A stretch of 32,000 bases of DNA from Acaryochloris marina S15 (GTDB lineage Bacteria > Cyanobacteriota > Cyanobacteriia > Thermosynechococcales > Thermosynechococcaceae), in the NCBI RefSeq assembly GCF_018336915.1, contig NZ_CP064924.1, forward strand, positions 120,001-152,000, read 5' to 3'. Positions 1 through 9,729 of the stretch are shown here, one piece after another. Each line of letters opens with the position of its first letter. Positions within the stretch are counted from its first letter, which is position 1. Position numbers and translations under genes: made by a program. Under the pieces are notes generated by a model. It had not been told where the DNA came from. It saw only the letters and a list, made by a program, of their open reading frames with translations, and searched no databases.

Positions 1-576
1 ACAAATTCCTTCAATGGCTCAGGGGATTCATGCTTGGTGGCAATGGGTGACTCAAGCGCTAAAGGTAGCCACAGATGATCTCGATCTACAAAACTGGGTA
101 CTCATGTACCTATTACCCTGGGCTTATTGGCAACAGCAAACGGACAAAACTCGGCATCCTCTACTCAAGGCAGATTATCGAAAGGCGACTGAACAAGCTT
201 ATGCCCGGTTACTCAAGCACCCCATGACTCAACAAATGAACTCTCAAGAAAGCCAGGAGTGGGTAGACTGGGCGCAATGGATGAGTACGAAGTATCAACG
301 GACTTCCTCCGCAGTTGAAGGACGTAATGGTTATCTATCCCGATTGCATCATGCAGCCCGAGGGTTTCGGAAGAATCCTTGAAAGTGCTCACCATCATCC
401 ATAATTTTGACCTCAAAAGAGCAGATGGGACCACCGCAGCACAACGGCTTTTTGGGCATCCTTTTCCTGATGTGTTTGAGTCGGTTGTTAACTCTATGGG
501 GGAATTGCCAGTGGCACGTCAGTCCTCAATGAAAAAACGGCCTAACCCTTTAACCCAAGCTATTTTCCCGGCTTAA
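1..576 (+). pseudogene. Transposase C-terminal fragment (family unresolved). It runs off the window start and has an internal frameshift.
   Basis: ORFs 14-382 (frame open back to base 2) and 379-576 read ...KYQRTSSAVEGRNGYLSRLHHAARGF and ..LKVLTIIHNFDLKRADGTTAAQRLFGHPFPDVF. This resembles a conserved C-terminal pattern of a cyanobacterial DDE-transposase group. The two halves are in different frames, with the shift near 370-381. Confidence 0.5.
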
Positions 577-1140
577 ATTGATACCCTAAATTGGGACGCT
601 CAGAGACAGCAAACTCATCAAAAAATACGATGTGCTCACCTGGTTGTAGCGATTGCAGTTTTTTTACTGCTGCTACCCATTCTTGCTGGGCTTGCGGATC
701 AGCATTTGCATAGTCGCGGTGGGCTCGCTGGTAAGACAACCCCAACTCCGAGAGCAATTCATAAATACGAGAGTCTTTCAACTGCACCTCGAAGCGTTGC
801 TCAATTACAACTGACAAAATAGCCCCGTCCACATATTGCGATCAATGCCATAGTCTGTCGGGTGTTGTGTTAGCACCATTTCTTTGAGTTGCTGTTGTTG
901 TTCTGGAGGCAACCGACTTGGTTTTCGATGTCGAATGGGTTGGACTAAACCTCTCAGTCCGCCGTCGAGAAATTTGTCTATCCAACACGTTAAAGTGTCA
1001 TAGCGACACCCTACTTGCTTACTCGCTTGGGCACGACTCTGTCCTTCATGCAGGAGTTTAATAGCGGTTAATCGCTGGCGAATGTATTGTTGTTGATTGC
1101 GATTGTAGAATTTCTGCCACTCATCTACATCAAAGGCTTA
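577..1140 (-). pseudogene. IS630-family transposase remnant (wHTH N-terminal half up to the first catalytic FFDE). It is frameshifted and 3'-truncated.
   Basis: Hand translation of the minus strand over 1137-833 gives AFDVDEWQKFYNRNQQQYIRQRLTAIKLLHEGQSRAQASKQVGCRYDTLTCWIDKFLDGGLRGLVQPIRHRKPSRLPPEQQQQLKEMVLTQHPTDYGIDRNMW. A 1-nt frame change follows, into ORF 832-560 (DGAILSVVIEQRFEVQLKDSRIYELLSELGLSYQRAHRDY...GEHIVFFDEFAV). There is no start codon (TAA at 1138-1140), and the rest of the DDE domain is missing where the element at 1-576 abuts. The outer boundaries are fuzzy. Confidence 0.6.
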
Positions 1141-1325
1141 TCTCGAAAGGCTTGTGTTCAGTTCACTGCGTCTATTTACTTTCTTCTCGATTTTACAGCG
1201 GGAAGGGAGTAAGTGGGGATACCTAGTGGGTTTCAGGTGGTGCAGCGGGGAGCGTTCTATGGGGTGGGGTTTATATTGAGAAATAAGGGTACTTGGCGAA
1301 CAATGATTTCTGAAGGTGGAAAGAC

Positions 1326-1769
1326 ATGGTTAGAGCTTTACTCAGGTTTGGTTCTGGGAATTTCGACTTACTTGAGATTTTGCGGGGAGGGCCAGATGCT
1401 TGGAACCAGTGGCGTGAGGAGAATCCTAATCAGGAGATAAATCTCAGCGGTGCTGACCTCAGCGGTGCCAACCTCCACAGTGCCGACCTCCACAATGCAA
1501 AACTAAGCAGTGCAAAACTCAACGGTGCCGATCTCCGCAGTGCCGACCTTAGCGATGCAAAGCTCAACGATGCGAACCTCACCCGTGCAAAACTAAGCAG
1601 TGCAAAACTCAACAATGCGAACCTCGTTGGTGCCAACCTTTTTGGTGCCCACCTCTTCAATACCGATTTCACGAATGTCAACCTCAGACGTGCCGAACTC
1701 TTCGGTGCTATTCTTTTTGAAGAAACTAAGATTGATCCTAAATGGCTTCCTAAACCTCATCCAAGATGA
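1326..1769 (+). CDS. Pentapeptide-repeat protein
   Basis: 147-aa ORF with about 18 consecutive A(D/N)LxX pentapeptides (GADLSGANLHSADLHNAKLSSAKLNGADLRSADLSDAKLNDANL...). Confidence 0.9.
   Translation: MVRALLRFGSGNFDLLEILRGGPDAWNQWREENPNQEINLSGADLSGANLHSADLHNAKLSSAKLNGADLRSADLSDAKLNDANLTRAKLSSAKLNNANLVGANLFGAHLFNTDFTNVNLRRAELFGAILFEETKIDPKWLPKPHPR
1441..1725 (+). repeat. 15-bp-periodic coding repeat (two pentapeptides per unit) inside the pentapeptide-repeat gene
   Basis: Units such as ctcagcggtgctgac / ctcagcggtgccaac / ctccacagtgccgac / ctaagcagtgcaaaa recur head to tail. This also explains the antisense ORF 1430-1681. Confidence 0.8.
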
Positions 1770-1790
1770 GATCTAGAGTTTTTAGATCTT

Positions 1791-1836
1791 GGGTGTTTTT
1801 GCATAGATTCCGTTAGGGGCTTATGCAAAAACACCC
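1791..1836 (+). terminator. Stem-loop 22 nt downstream of the pentapeptide gene (possible terminator)
   Basis: Perfect 15-bp inverted repeat gggtgtttttgcata (1791-1805) / tatgcaaaaacaccc (1822-1836) with a 16-nt loop. No clear T-tract follows, so terminator function is uncertain. Confidence 0.4.
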
Positions 1837-1897
1837 TACATGTATCAACAATTTTGATTCTTTTGATTAATTTCCAATAAAAGGTACCCATCGATAT

Positions 1898-3119
1898 TCG
1901 GTAGTCAGGTGAGATTATCTCAGCCCCTATTCTGTAGAAGCCATATAAACCGGTGCTCTGAGGATCTGAGCTTCGGTCCAAATGTGTTCAGTTAATCCAA
2001 CTGCCATGGCAGGAGTTCTCTGTTGAAAGCGCTTTTTACCCTCGGTACTTCTAGAGGAGTTCGTAAACTGCGATGCTCTCTCACCCAGTTGTAAACTGTA
2101 GCACTCCACCAAGCAACGGCCTGACGAGTATTACTGCGATGAGCGAAAGCAAGTGAGCGTCTGACTTGATGAGCATTCATCCGTCGTGCAGTGCCATTGA
2201 AACGCTCCACAGTTGAGGTGTTGGGAATGTTGTACCCTATTTCATCTAGCGCTTGATTGATCCGTTGCCAGCTCCCATGAGCTTTGCTCACCTCTACGGC
2301 TTCTAACTTTTGTCCCTGACGATGCTTGATGACTTGGACGTGGGCAAGGGTTCGAGGAATCCGATACTTGGGGTTGGGAGGTCGACCCATCGTGCTTTGA
2401 CGGGGGGAGGTAAGACACCCCGAAGATGACCGGAAAGAGAGTGCGATAACTCGCTTCTCCATCGGTCATCAGCACCAGGTCTTGGGGATGAGCTAGTCGT
2501 CTGTGACTGCCTTGCATCAGCCTTTCTATCAGGTCTGTGTTACGGGGACCAACGGCCACGTGGACAATGAATTTACTGGCGGCATCAATGGATACCGCAT
2601 CCCAACACTGCTGCTTTTTGCTGGCGACGTATCCATGACGCTCGTCCATCTCTAATACGTCGATATCCAATTGCTGAGCTTCTTGCTCATGAAAGTCCTG
2701 GGCATGCTGACCAAATTTGAGGGTCAAACGTTTCACCGTATCCGGATGGGTGTAGGTCAGACGTGATGTTCCTTTGATAGACGTTCCTTCTGCAATTTGA
2801 CGACCTACTTCTATTGCTCGAGATTCAGGGATTTTTGTATTCCAAAAGGCAGTGTTCTTGCGTTCACTGAACTCTGCTCCACAGCTATGACAGCGCAGAT
2901 ACCGTATTCGATCTTGTCCGTAGACTTTACGTACTGTTAAATTCTCAAGGCCCGCTTGACCATAGCTTTCACAGTTAGAGTTCACGCAAGCTAGCTCTGA
3001 AAGTAATGGCCTTTTTTTCTCTTCCATGGGAGTATCTTGGCTCAATAACTCCCTTCAGCAATACCTTTTTTGAGCTTCCCTTAGCTAGAGGGGCTGAGAT
3101 AATCTCACCTAACTACCGA
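1898..3119 (-). mobile_element. IS1-family insertion sequence, decayed
   Basis: Terminal inverted repeats cggtagtcaggtgagattatctcagcccct (1899-1928) and aggggctgagataatctcacctaactaccg (3089-3118) match at 29/30 positions. They enclose an IS1-type transposase gene. I found no flanking target-site duplication. Confidence 0.75.
1927..3045 (-). pseudogene. IS1-family transposase broken by two frameshifts
   Basis: Frame a (3045-~2400) carries a Zn-ribbon (CVNSNCESYG...RCHSCGAEFSERKNTAFW), an HTH, and the DDE residues LEMDERHGYV and LMTDGEASYRTLFPVIFG. Frame b (~2420-~2050) reads GRPPNPKYRIPR...TSTVERFNGTARRMNAHQVRRSLAF. Frame c (~2050-1927) reads QQRTPAMAVGLTEHIWTEAQILRAPVY. The VERFN..R..R motif is typical of IS1 InsB. 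Confidence 0.75.
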
Positions 3120-3576
3120 GCATTCAAGGCATCGCAGTGGGTTCAATTTCTTAGCCAATCTTCTGGGGGCTTGATTGCTTACTCCTATCATCCAATGAAA
3201 CCGTCGTTAGATTTAACTCCCGATGAACTAAAAGCTTTGCCTGCTGCTATTGTCTAGCGTCGAACTCACGTTGCACCCAGGTAAATACGTCAACTCTCGA
3301 TCGGACTAGTCCCTTTGGATGAGTTCAGACTCTTTTTTTGAGTCCGAGGGCCGATCCCAAGGGGGTAAAACCCTAATTTAATAGGGGTATGACCTAGATT
3401 CTGATATTGAACGGGAAATACACTCAGCATTGCCATTTTTCCCAATAGACCTATTGCTTGAATCAAATTGAGCCTGGGCTAAGAACCCTGTCGATTCAAA
3501 GGCTGATCTCTGAAATTCATAAATACTCAATTCCTGATTTTCGAAGCACTCTAATCCATATCCCATCAAAGTTGAG

Positions 3577-4587
3577 ATGAATGTTATGACAACTCAGACC
3601 CTTCGCCCTCCTCCCAAAACTTCACATCGTGGTCATAAGCAGAGGGGGATGACAGATAACGTCCGCCTATATCTTCGAGAGATTGGCCGATATCCCTTGC
3701 TGACACCCACTCAGGAATTGCAGTTTGGTAGAGAAGTCCAAGCGATGATGGAATTGCAGGGGCTGAAACAAAAGTTGGCTCAGGATAACGAAGTAGAGCC
3801 TTCTATGGAGACTTGGGCCGAGGCTGCTGATCTGGAGGTGTCGGAACTCGAAGCCAAGCTAGATCAGGGCAAAAAAGCCAAGCAGGCCATGATTACGGGA
3901 AATCTTCGTCTAGTCGTGACCATTGCTAAAAAGTACAAAGACCATAACTTGGAATTCCTGGATTTGATTCAAGAGGGAACCTTGGGGCTTGAAAGAGCAG
4001 CGGAGAAATATGACCCTCAACGAGGTTTTCGCTTCTCGACCTATGCCTACTGGTGGATTCGCCAGGGAATTACGCGCGCGATCGCAGATCAGAGTCGCAC
4101 CATCCGTCTTCCCATTTATCTGACGGAATACTTCAATAAGATCAAGCGAGCCCAGCGAGAACTATCTCAATCTTTAGGCCGCAGCCCCACAACATCAGAG
4201 ATTGCTCAAGCTCTGTCCTTGCCTCCAGAAAAAGTTCGAGAATATCTTCAACTTTCACACCACACTCTGTCTATCGATCTGAAAATTGGTGATGATCAAG
4301 ATAACTCTATCGTAGACTTCATCGAGGCATCCAATCCCCTACCGGAAGAATTTGTCACGGGCAAAACCCTGAGTGAGTCTCTCCAGCAGTTGTTAACCAC
4401 CCTCACTCCTCAGCAGCGAGAAGTACTCACCCTGCGCTATGGGTTGATCGATGATCGTCAACTCTCCCTCGCTGCTGTAGGCCGTCGTATGGATATCAGC
4501 AGCGAACGAGTCCGCCAATTGCAAATGGATGCTCTTAAACGCCTACAAAAGCATAAACCAGCAATCGCTGATTATCTTGTGAGTTAA
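3577..4587 (+). CDS. RNA polymerase sigma-70 family factor (RpoD-like, group-2 type)
   Basis: 336 aa. Region 1.2 is YLREIGRYPLLTPTQELQFG. Region 2 is NLRLVVTIAKKY...DLIQEGTLGLERAAEKYDPQRGFRFSTYAYWWIRQGITRAI. Region 3 is IRLPIYLTEYFNKIKRA. Region 4 is LSLAAVGRRMDISSERVRQLQMDALKRL. Confidence 0.9.
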   Translation: MNVMTTQTLRPPPKTSHRGHKQRGMTDNVRLYLREIGRYPLLTPTQELQFGREVQAMMELQGLKQKLAQDNEVEPSMETWAEAADLEVSELEAKLDQGKKAKQAMITGNLRLVVTIAKKYKDHNLEFLDLIQEGTLGLERAAEKYDPQRGFRFSTYAYWWIRQGITRAIADQSRTIRLPIYLTEYFNKIKRAQRELSQSLGRSPTTSEIAQALSLPPEKVREYLQLSHHTLSIDLKIGDDQDNSIVDFIEASNPLPEEFVTGKTLSESLQQLLTTLTPQQREVLTLRYGLIDDRQLSLAAVGRRMDISSERVRQLQMDALKRLQKHKPAIADYLVS

Positions 4588-4652
4588 GAAAAATTACTCA
4601 ACATGACTGAATAAAACTGATCAAGATACTTCTGGTCAAAGGGAAAATCATC

Positions 4653-7463
4653 ATGACTGTAGAGGAACCAGAGCAACGTCACAACCCTCAATGGCAAACC
4701 CTGGATGCCAACGTTGTCCTTCTGCGTTTAGAGAGTGACCCAATCCATGGCCTCACGCCAGATCAGGTCAATCAAAGACAACAGCTGCATGGTCGCAATG
4801 AATTGCAAGAAGTTTCCGGTCGCTCCACCTGGAATATCTTGATCGATCAATTCAAAAACATCATGCTGTTGATGTTGATTGCTGTCGCCATTGTCTCAGC
4901 TGTTTTGGATTTACAGGATCAGCAATTTCCCAAGGATGCTGTCGCTATTTCAGCTATTGTTCTGTTAAACGGTTGGCTAGGCTTTTTGCAGGAGAGTCGG
5001 GCAGAGCAGGCTCTAACAGCTTTAAAGTCAATGACCTCGTCACGGGTCCGAGCGATTCGCCAAGGCCAGGAGTGGGAAATTGATGCTAAAGACTTAGTAC
5101 CAGGGGATATTATCTTCTTGGAAGCTGGGGTGCAGGTGCCTGCTGATGGCCGGTTATTGAGTTCGGCAAGTCTTTCAATTCGTGAATCAGCCCTAACGGG
5201 AGAAGCAGAAGCCGTCACCAAACAATCTGAGTTGATCTTGACAGAGAACGCAGCTCTAGGTGATCGACATAATCTCATCTATCGCGGAACAGAGGTGATT
5301 CAGGGACGCGGAACTGCCATCGTCACTGCCACAGGCATGGAGACGGAATTGGGAAAAATTGCGGCCATGCTGCAATCTGTGGAAACAGCCCCCACACCTC
5401 TTCAACAGCGAATGGGCCAGTTAGGAAACGTGTTGGTTACAGGATCAATGGTGCTTGTAGGACTCGTCGTCCTGGGAGGTATCTTGCGGGAAGGCAACCT
5501 CAGTATGGTGGATGACCTGCTGGAGATATCCCTGAGTATGGCTGTAGCCGTCGTGCCCGAGGGCCTACCCGCCGTGATTACGGTCACTCTGGCCTTGGGA
5601 ACCCAACGAATGGTGCGCCGCCAAGCTTTGATTCGGAAGCTCCCCGCTGTGGAGACATTGGGGTCTGTCACGACGATCTGTTCCGATAAAACGGGGACCC
5701 TCACTCAAAACAAAATGGTGGCTCAGCAGATTCACCTCTTTGCGGACCACTTGAGCGTCAGCGGTATGGGATACGAGCCTGTCGGAGAATTCTTAGAACA
5801 GGGCTATGCTATATTACCCGCTCAACACCCTGCCCTGGGAATGCTGTTGGTGGCTAGTGCCCTCTGTAATGATGCCGCTTTACAAAAAGAGAAAGGGCAA
5901 TGGGCCATTATGGGTGACCCCACGGAAGGCGCACTCTTGGTCTTGGCTAGCAAGGCGGGGCTGGGACCCGTTGAGCTACAAAACGCCTTCCCTCGATTGA
6001 CGGAGGTTCCCTTTACCTCTGAGCGGAAACGCATGAGTGTGATTTGTAAAACCGCCCCATCTCAGGCCCATCATCTTGGATTTACTCAACCTTACGCCCT
6101 ATTTATGAAGGGGTCACCTGAGTTGGTTTTGGAACAATGTCACCAAATACAAATTCAGGCAATTATTCAGGGAATAACCGATGCGGATCGCAATCGCATC
6201 CTCATTCAAAACAACAAGATAGCGAGTCAAGGACTACGGGTGATAGGTCTTGCTTACAAACCTCTAGCCGTATGCCCTGAGACCAAAACCTTGGACAATG
6301 TTGAGCACGACCTGATTTGGTTGGGGTTGGTGGGCATTGTAGATGCGGCTCGTCCTGAAGCAAAAGCTGCCGTTGCTCGTTGCCGACAAGCAGGGATTCG
6401 CCCTGTGATGATTACGGGTGATCATCAACTGACAGCGATGGCTATTGCCCATAAAATTGGTATCGCTAAGGCGGGGGATCCCGTCTTGAGTGGTCAACAA
6501 TTGGCCCAACTTTCGCCCCAGGAGCTGGAACAACAGGTTGAGCGAGTCAATGTTTATGCTCGGGTCGCTCCAGAGCACAAACTACAGATTGTCCAAGCCT
6601 TGCAACGTCGAGGGGCCTTTGTGGCCATGACAGGAGATGGCGTAAATGATGCCCCCGCGCTCAAGCAAGCGGATATTGGGATTGCCATGGGGGTTACGGG
6701 TACCGATGTCAGTAAAGAAGCCAGTGACATGGTTCTTTTGGATGATAACTTTGCCACCATCGTCGCCGCTACAGAAGAGGGGCGAGTGATTTATACCAAT
6801 ATTCGCCGTTTTATTAAATATATTTTGGGTAGCAATATTGGTGAAGTGATTACCATTGCCTCAGCACCTTTATTGGGGTTGGGGGGTGTTCCACTATCCC
6901 CACTTCAAATTCTATGGATGAATTTAGTTACTGATGGATTACCCGCTTTGGCGCTAGCGATGGAACCTGCTGAAGCAGGTGTGATGCAACGACCTCCCCA
7001 TAATCCCCGTGAAAGCATTTTTGCCCGTGGTCTGGGATGGTATATGGTCCGCATTGGTTTGATGCTGTCTATCTTGACGATTAGTCTGATGATCTGGGCA
7101 TACAGCTATACCCAAGCACCGGGCTACCCAGGTGATCCAAACACCTGGAAAACGATGGTCTTTACAACATTATGTCTAGCTCAAATGGGGCATGCGTTGG
7201 CAGTACGCTCAGATACTCAGCTAACGTTTCAGCTCAATCCCTTATCTAATCCATCCTTACTGGGAGCTGTCACTGTGACTACAGTGTGCCAACTGTTTGT
7301 TCTGTACGTTCCTTTCCTCCAAACTTTTTTCGATGTTCAGCCTTTGAGTTGGTTAGAATTGCTGATTTGTTTGGGGTTCAGCACTCTCATGTTTGTTTGG
7401 ATTGAACTTGAGAAAGTGGTGTTTCGTTGGTGGCATCATCGAGGGTTGAGCAATAAATATTAG
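4653..7463 (+). CDS. P-type cation-transporting ATPase, type IIA (Ca2+-ATPase / PacL-like)
   Basis: 936 aa. It has an N-terminal cation-ATPase motif ([18 protein letters not shown]), an actuator SALTGEAE, the phosphorylation site [17 protein letters not shown] and the hinge [22 protein letters not shown]. Multiple hydrophobic segments occur at both ends. Confidence 0.93.
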   Translation: MTVEEPEQRHNPQWQTLDANVVLLRLESDPIHGLTPDQVNQRQQLHGRNELQEVSGRSTWNILIDQFKNIMLLMLIAVAIVSAVLDLQDQQFPKDAVAISAIVLLNGWLGFLQESRAEQALTALKSMTSSRVRAIRQGQEWEIDAKDLVPGDIIFLEAGVQVPADGRLLSSASLSIRESALTGEAEAVTKQSELILTENAALGDRHNLIYRGTEVIQGRGTAIVTATGMETELGKIAAMLQSVETAPTPLQQRMGQLGNVLVTGSMVLVGLVVLGGILREGNLSMVDDLLEISLSMAVAVVPEGLPAVITVTLALGTQRMVRRQALIRKLPAVETLGSVTTICSDKTGTLTQNKMVAQQIHLFADHLSVSGMGYEPVGEFLEQGYAILPAQHPALGMLLVASALCNDAALQKEKGQWAIMGDPTEGALLVLASKAGLGPVELQNAFPRLTEVPFTSERKRMSVICKTAPSQAHHLGFTQPYALFMKGSPELVLEQCHQIQIQAIIQGITDADRNRILIQNNKIASQGLRVIGLAYKPLAVCPETKTLDNVEHDLIWLGLVGIVDAARPEAKAAVARCRQAGIRPVMITGDHQLTAMAIAHKIGIAKAGDPVLSGQQLAQLSPQELEQQVERVNVYARVAPEHKLQIVQALQRRGAFVAMTGDGVNDAPALKQADIGIAMGVTGTDVSKEASDMVLLDDNFATIVAATEEGRVIYTNIRRFIKYILGSNIGEVITIASAPLLGLGGVPLSPLQILWMNLVTDGLPALALAMEPAEAGVMQRPPHNPRESIFARGLGWYMVRIGLMLSILTISLMIWAYSYTQAPGYPGDPNTWKTMVFTTLCLAQMGHALAVRSDTQLTFQLNPLSNPSLLGAVTVTTVCQLFVLYVPFLQTFFDVQPLSWLELLICLGFSTLMFVWIELEKVVFRWWHHRGLSNKY

Positions 7464-7521
7464 AGCATGCATAGTAAGCGACCATGGTGATGGGTTATGG
7501 TTCCATCAATCAGAGCTCGTT

Positions 7522-7776
7522 CTAACAGATTCTGGGGTCACTCAAATATCGTAAGCGACCATGGTCGCTTACCAGAAATGACTTATGTGTACACCGTAGC
7601 CCAAGAGCAAGGGTTAGAAGCAAAACTAATGCTAAAGACCCATCGAACTGCCAAACTAAAAAACTAACGAGTATCGTATAGGAATTTTGCAATGCAAATA
7701 GAATTGCTATTAACGAGATAATAAGGGCGAAAATAACGAGTATTGGCATATGAATGATCATTGAGCGATAGGGCAA
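7522..7776 (-). CDS. Small membrane protein with a LapA-like (DUF1049) domain
   Basis: PILVIFALIISLIAILFALQNSYTILVSFLVWQFDGSLALVLLLTLALGL matches the FALQN...V.F..W.F.GSLAL pattern of DUF1049. The last ~25 codons (including VSDHGRL) are encoded by a palindromic element, so the true C-terminus is uncertain. Confidence 0.5.
   Translation of the reverse strand: MPYRSMIIHMPILVIFALIISLIAILFALQNSYTILVSFLVWQFDGSLALVLLLTLALGLRCTHKSFLVSDHGRLRYLSDPRIC
7551..7572. repeat. Perfect 22-bp palindrome gtaagcgaccatggtcgcttac. Its 15-nt half-copy also occurs at 7474-7488.
   Basis: The palindrome was read directly from the sequence. It lies between the convergent ATPase (+) and LapA-like (-) genes and could act as a bidirectional hairpin. 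Confidence 0.6.
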
Positions 7777-8073
7777 AACTACTGTCTACTGAACGTAGAA
7801 ACTGAGCAGGATAGTTTTGATCATGCCATATTCTGGAAGTTGTAGAAAATTCATAGGCAAAGGACTTACTCTACCTGGACTGAAGCCCTACCAAGGTTTC
7901 CTAGCCTTCAGGAAGGATTAGGGATGATGTTTTAGACTAGCTCTAGACTAGTTTTAGGCTTTTTCAGACAAGGAGTTAGCAGCATTTCTAAATCATTATT
8001 TATTAGCTTTACTAGGGATTTATTCAAGAGAGAAAAAGCTAAATCAAGTTCTATCCTTCATCTGCTTCTAGGG

Positions 8074-9657
8074 TTGTTAACGATAGCATTATGTTTTTTG
8101 CTGCATCATCCCAGCGCTGCTCAGTACCCTTTCTCAATTCCCACTGAACAGCTCGCTGCAGAATCAACGTCTCAAAATCCTCAAGATGAAGAGCTAAATA
8201 GCTTTTCTAGCCAAATCTCTACGGATTGGATTTGGCTAGATGGGAGGCGATTATTTCAAATTGCTGCGGCCCGAAATCTTATCTCTGAGCGCAAACAGAT
8301 CGTGCAGGAAAACCTGCAGAAAATTCAGCGAAATTACCTCACCTCAGATCAGGTTGAACCTCAAGTAGAGATTAAAACCCTCAATAATTTACCCGTTCTA
8401 AGCGTCAATAATCAGAATCTAATTACGATTACTTCCCTTGACACGAATCTACGTGCAGTTGACTCTGGTGCCTTAACCACTGATATCCAAAACATTGTCA
8501 TTTCAGCCTTGAAGCAATCTAGGACTGAGCGCCAACCCCAATACTTGAAACAGCAGGGGATACTTTTATCTGGGATTTTGTTCGCTGTATTGATCATCAA
8601 TGGTCTTATCTGTCTACTTCAAAGACGGTTATATCGTTCTTCCAAGGGCAATACGGCTAGTACCGTTGACTTTATGACCCGACTCCCTACATTGAATTCT
8701 TGGGATGGGCTAAATACTCTACTTCGCCAAGTCCTTAGTTTGGGCCACGTTTCAATCTGGTTTGCTGGAGTGCTGATCTGCATGGATCGATTTCCGTATA
8801 CTCGTCCGATTAAAATTTGGATTCTAAGAAGCTTATCCTTGCCCCTTACAGTCTCTTTAGTGGGAGTATGCACTTACTTCATGGTGCGGTTCAGCTGGGC
8901 TCTCATCAATCGTTTTGCCCTAGCCTTAACTGTGAGTCCGTTATTAACGCCGATTGTATCAAGACGATTGCAGTTGAGAATCTCAACGATTACTAGGGTC
9001 GTTAAGGGAATTGCAATTCCGATTTGGGGGAGTATCGGTATTATTGTGATTTTGATCTTGTTCAAAGTTGATGTTGGCCCCTTATTGGCCGGAGTTGGTC
9101 TCATCGGTGTGGCCATCTCTCTAGCATCACAAGGCATCATCAAAGATGCAATTAATGGGTTTCTTGTCATTGCAGAAGATCAGTTTGGAGTGGGTGACAT
9201 CATTAAAGTGGAGGGTTTTACTGGAACAGTTGAAACACTGAATTTGCGGATAACGCAGATTCGCAATGCTGAAGGACAACTGATTACTATTCCAAATAGT
9301 GAAATCAAGATTGTGGCAAATCTCTCTAGTGACTGGTCAAGAGTAGATCTAAATATCCCAATCCCCTACGAATGCGATCTTGATTCGATGCTGGATCTAA
9401 TCCTTGATACAGCCCAAAAGATGGCAGAGGATCCTAAGTGGGCTCCTGAAATTCTTGAATCTCCACAATTAATGGGCTTGGATGACTTTAGTCATCGTGG
9501 ACCCATGATTAAAATTTGGATTAAAACTCAACCCCTTAAACAATGGGCCGTATCACGGGAGCTACGACGGCAACTAAAGTTGGCCTTTGATACAGCAGGT
9601 ATTGCTATTCCTGTTCCTCAATATTCAATTGAAGTCAATAACCATCACCGTGATTGA
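8074..9657 (+). CDS. Mechanosensitive ion channel, MscS family (paralog 1)
   Basis: 527 aa. The MscS core reads GVGLIGVAISLASQGIIKDAINGFLVIAEDQFGVGDIIKVEGFTGTVETLNLRITQIRNAEGQLITIPNSEI, preceded by several TM segments and an N-terminal extracytoplasmic domain. The start is uncertain: the frame is open from 7936 with no in-frame ATG or GTG, and the first canonical start is TTG at 8074. Confidence 0.85.
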   Translation: MLTIALCFLLHHPSAAQYPFSIPTEQLAAESTSQNPQDEELNSFSSQISTDWIWLDGRRLFQIAAARNLISERKQIVQENLQKIQRNYLTSDQVEPQVEIKTLNNLPVLSVNNQNLITITSLDTNLRAVDSGALTTDIQNIVISALKQSRTERQPQYLKQQGILLSGILFAVLIINGLICLLQRRLYRSSKGNTASTVDFMTRLPTLNSWDGLNTLLRQVLSLGHVSIWFAGVLICMDRFPYTRPIKIWILRSLSLPLTVSLVGVCTYFMVRFSWALINRFALALTVSPLLTPIVSRRLQLRISTITRVVKGIAIPIWGSIGIIVILILFKVDVGPLLAGVGLIGVAISLASQGIIKDAINGFLVIAEDQFGVGDIIKVEGFTGTVETLNLRITQIRNAEGQLITIPNSEIKIVANLSSDWSRVDLNIPIPYECDLDSMLDLILDTAQKMAEDPKWAPEILESPQLMGLDDFSHRGPMIKIWIKTQPLKQWAVSRELRRQLKLAFDTAGIAIPVPQYSIEVNNHHRD

Positions 9658-9729
9658 CTTGGTAATCAAGCTCATTTCAAGCTCATGCGATCTGATTTGG
9701 CAAATATTATCACAGGCATCTTGTAGAAA

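Noticed and set aside
1430-1681. 83-aa antisense ORF opposite the pentapeptide-repeat gene, and ORF 1213-1440 overlapping its 5' region
   Set aside because: The antisense ORF mirrors the 15-bp periodic repeat (a low-complexity SFAL/RSA pattern). The sense frame gives a canonical pentapeptide-repeat protein. ORF 1213-1440 has no motif and overlaps the better-supported gene.
3006-3569. ORF 3006-3257 (spanning the IS1 right end, with a tail reading ...SLDLTPDELKALPAAIV) and ORF 3378-3569 on the minus strand
   Set aside because: The first 38 codons of 3006-3257 are IS sequence read in the antisense direction. The 46 codons outside the IS could be a relic of a disrupted gene, but I found no matching 5' half left of the IS. 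ORF 3378-3569 has no features and sits in the sigma-factor promoter region.
4919-6760. Multiple 60-119-aa ORFs antisense to or out of frame with the P-type ATPase gene. Similar ORFs occur inside the MscS genes (8412-9170, 10013-10883) and the giant ORF (15628-21423).
   Set aside because: All are nested in long ORFs with strong family motifs. Their compositions (Arg/Ser/Pro-rich) are typical of shadow frames.
7930-7955. Direct repeat tagactag-ctc-tagactag flanked by tttta/tttta in the divergent promoter region between the LapA-like and MscS genes. I considered it as an operator.
   Set aside because: There are only two 8-bp copies, no dyad symmetry and no nearby regulator gene. I cannot distinguish it from chance.
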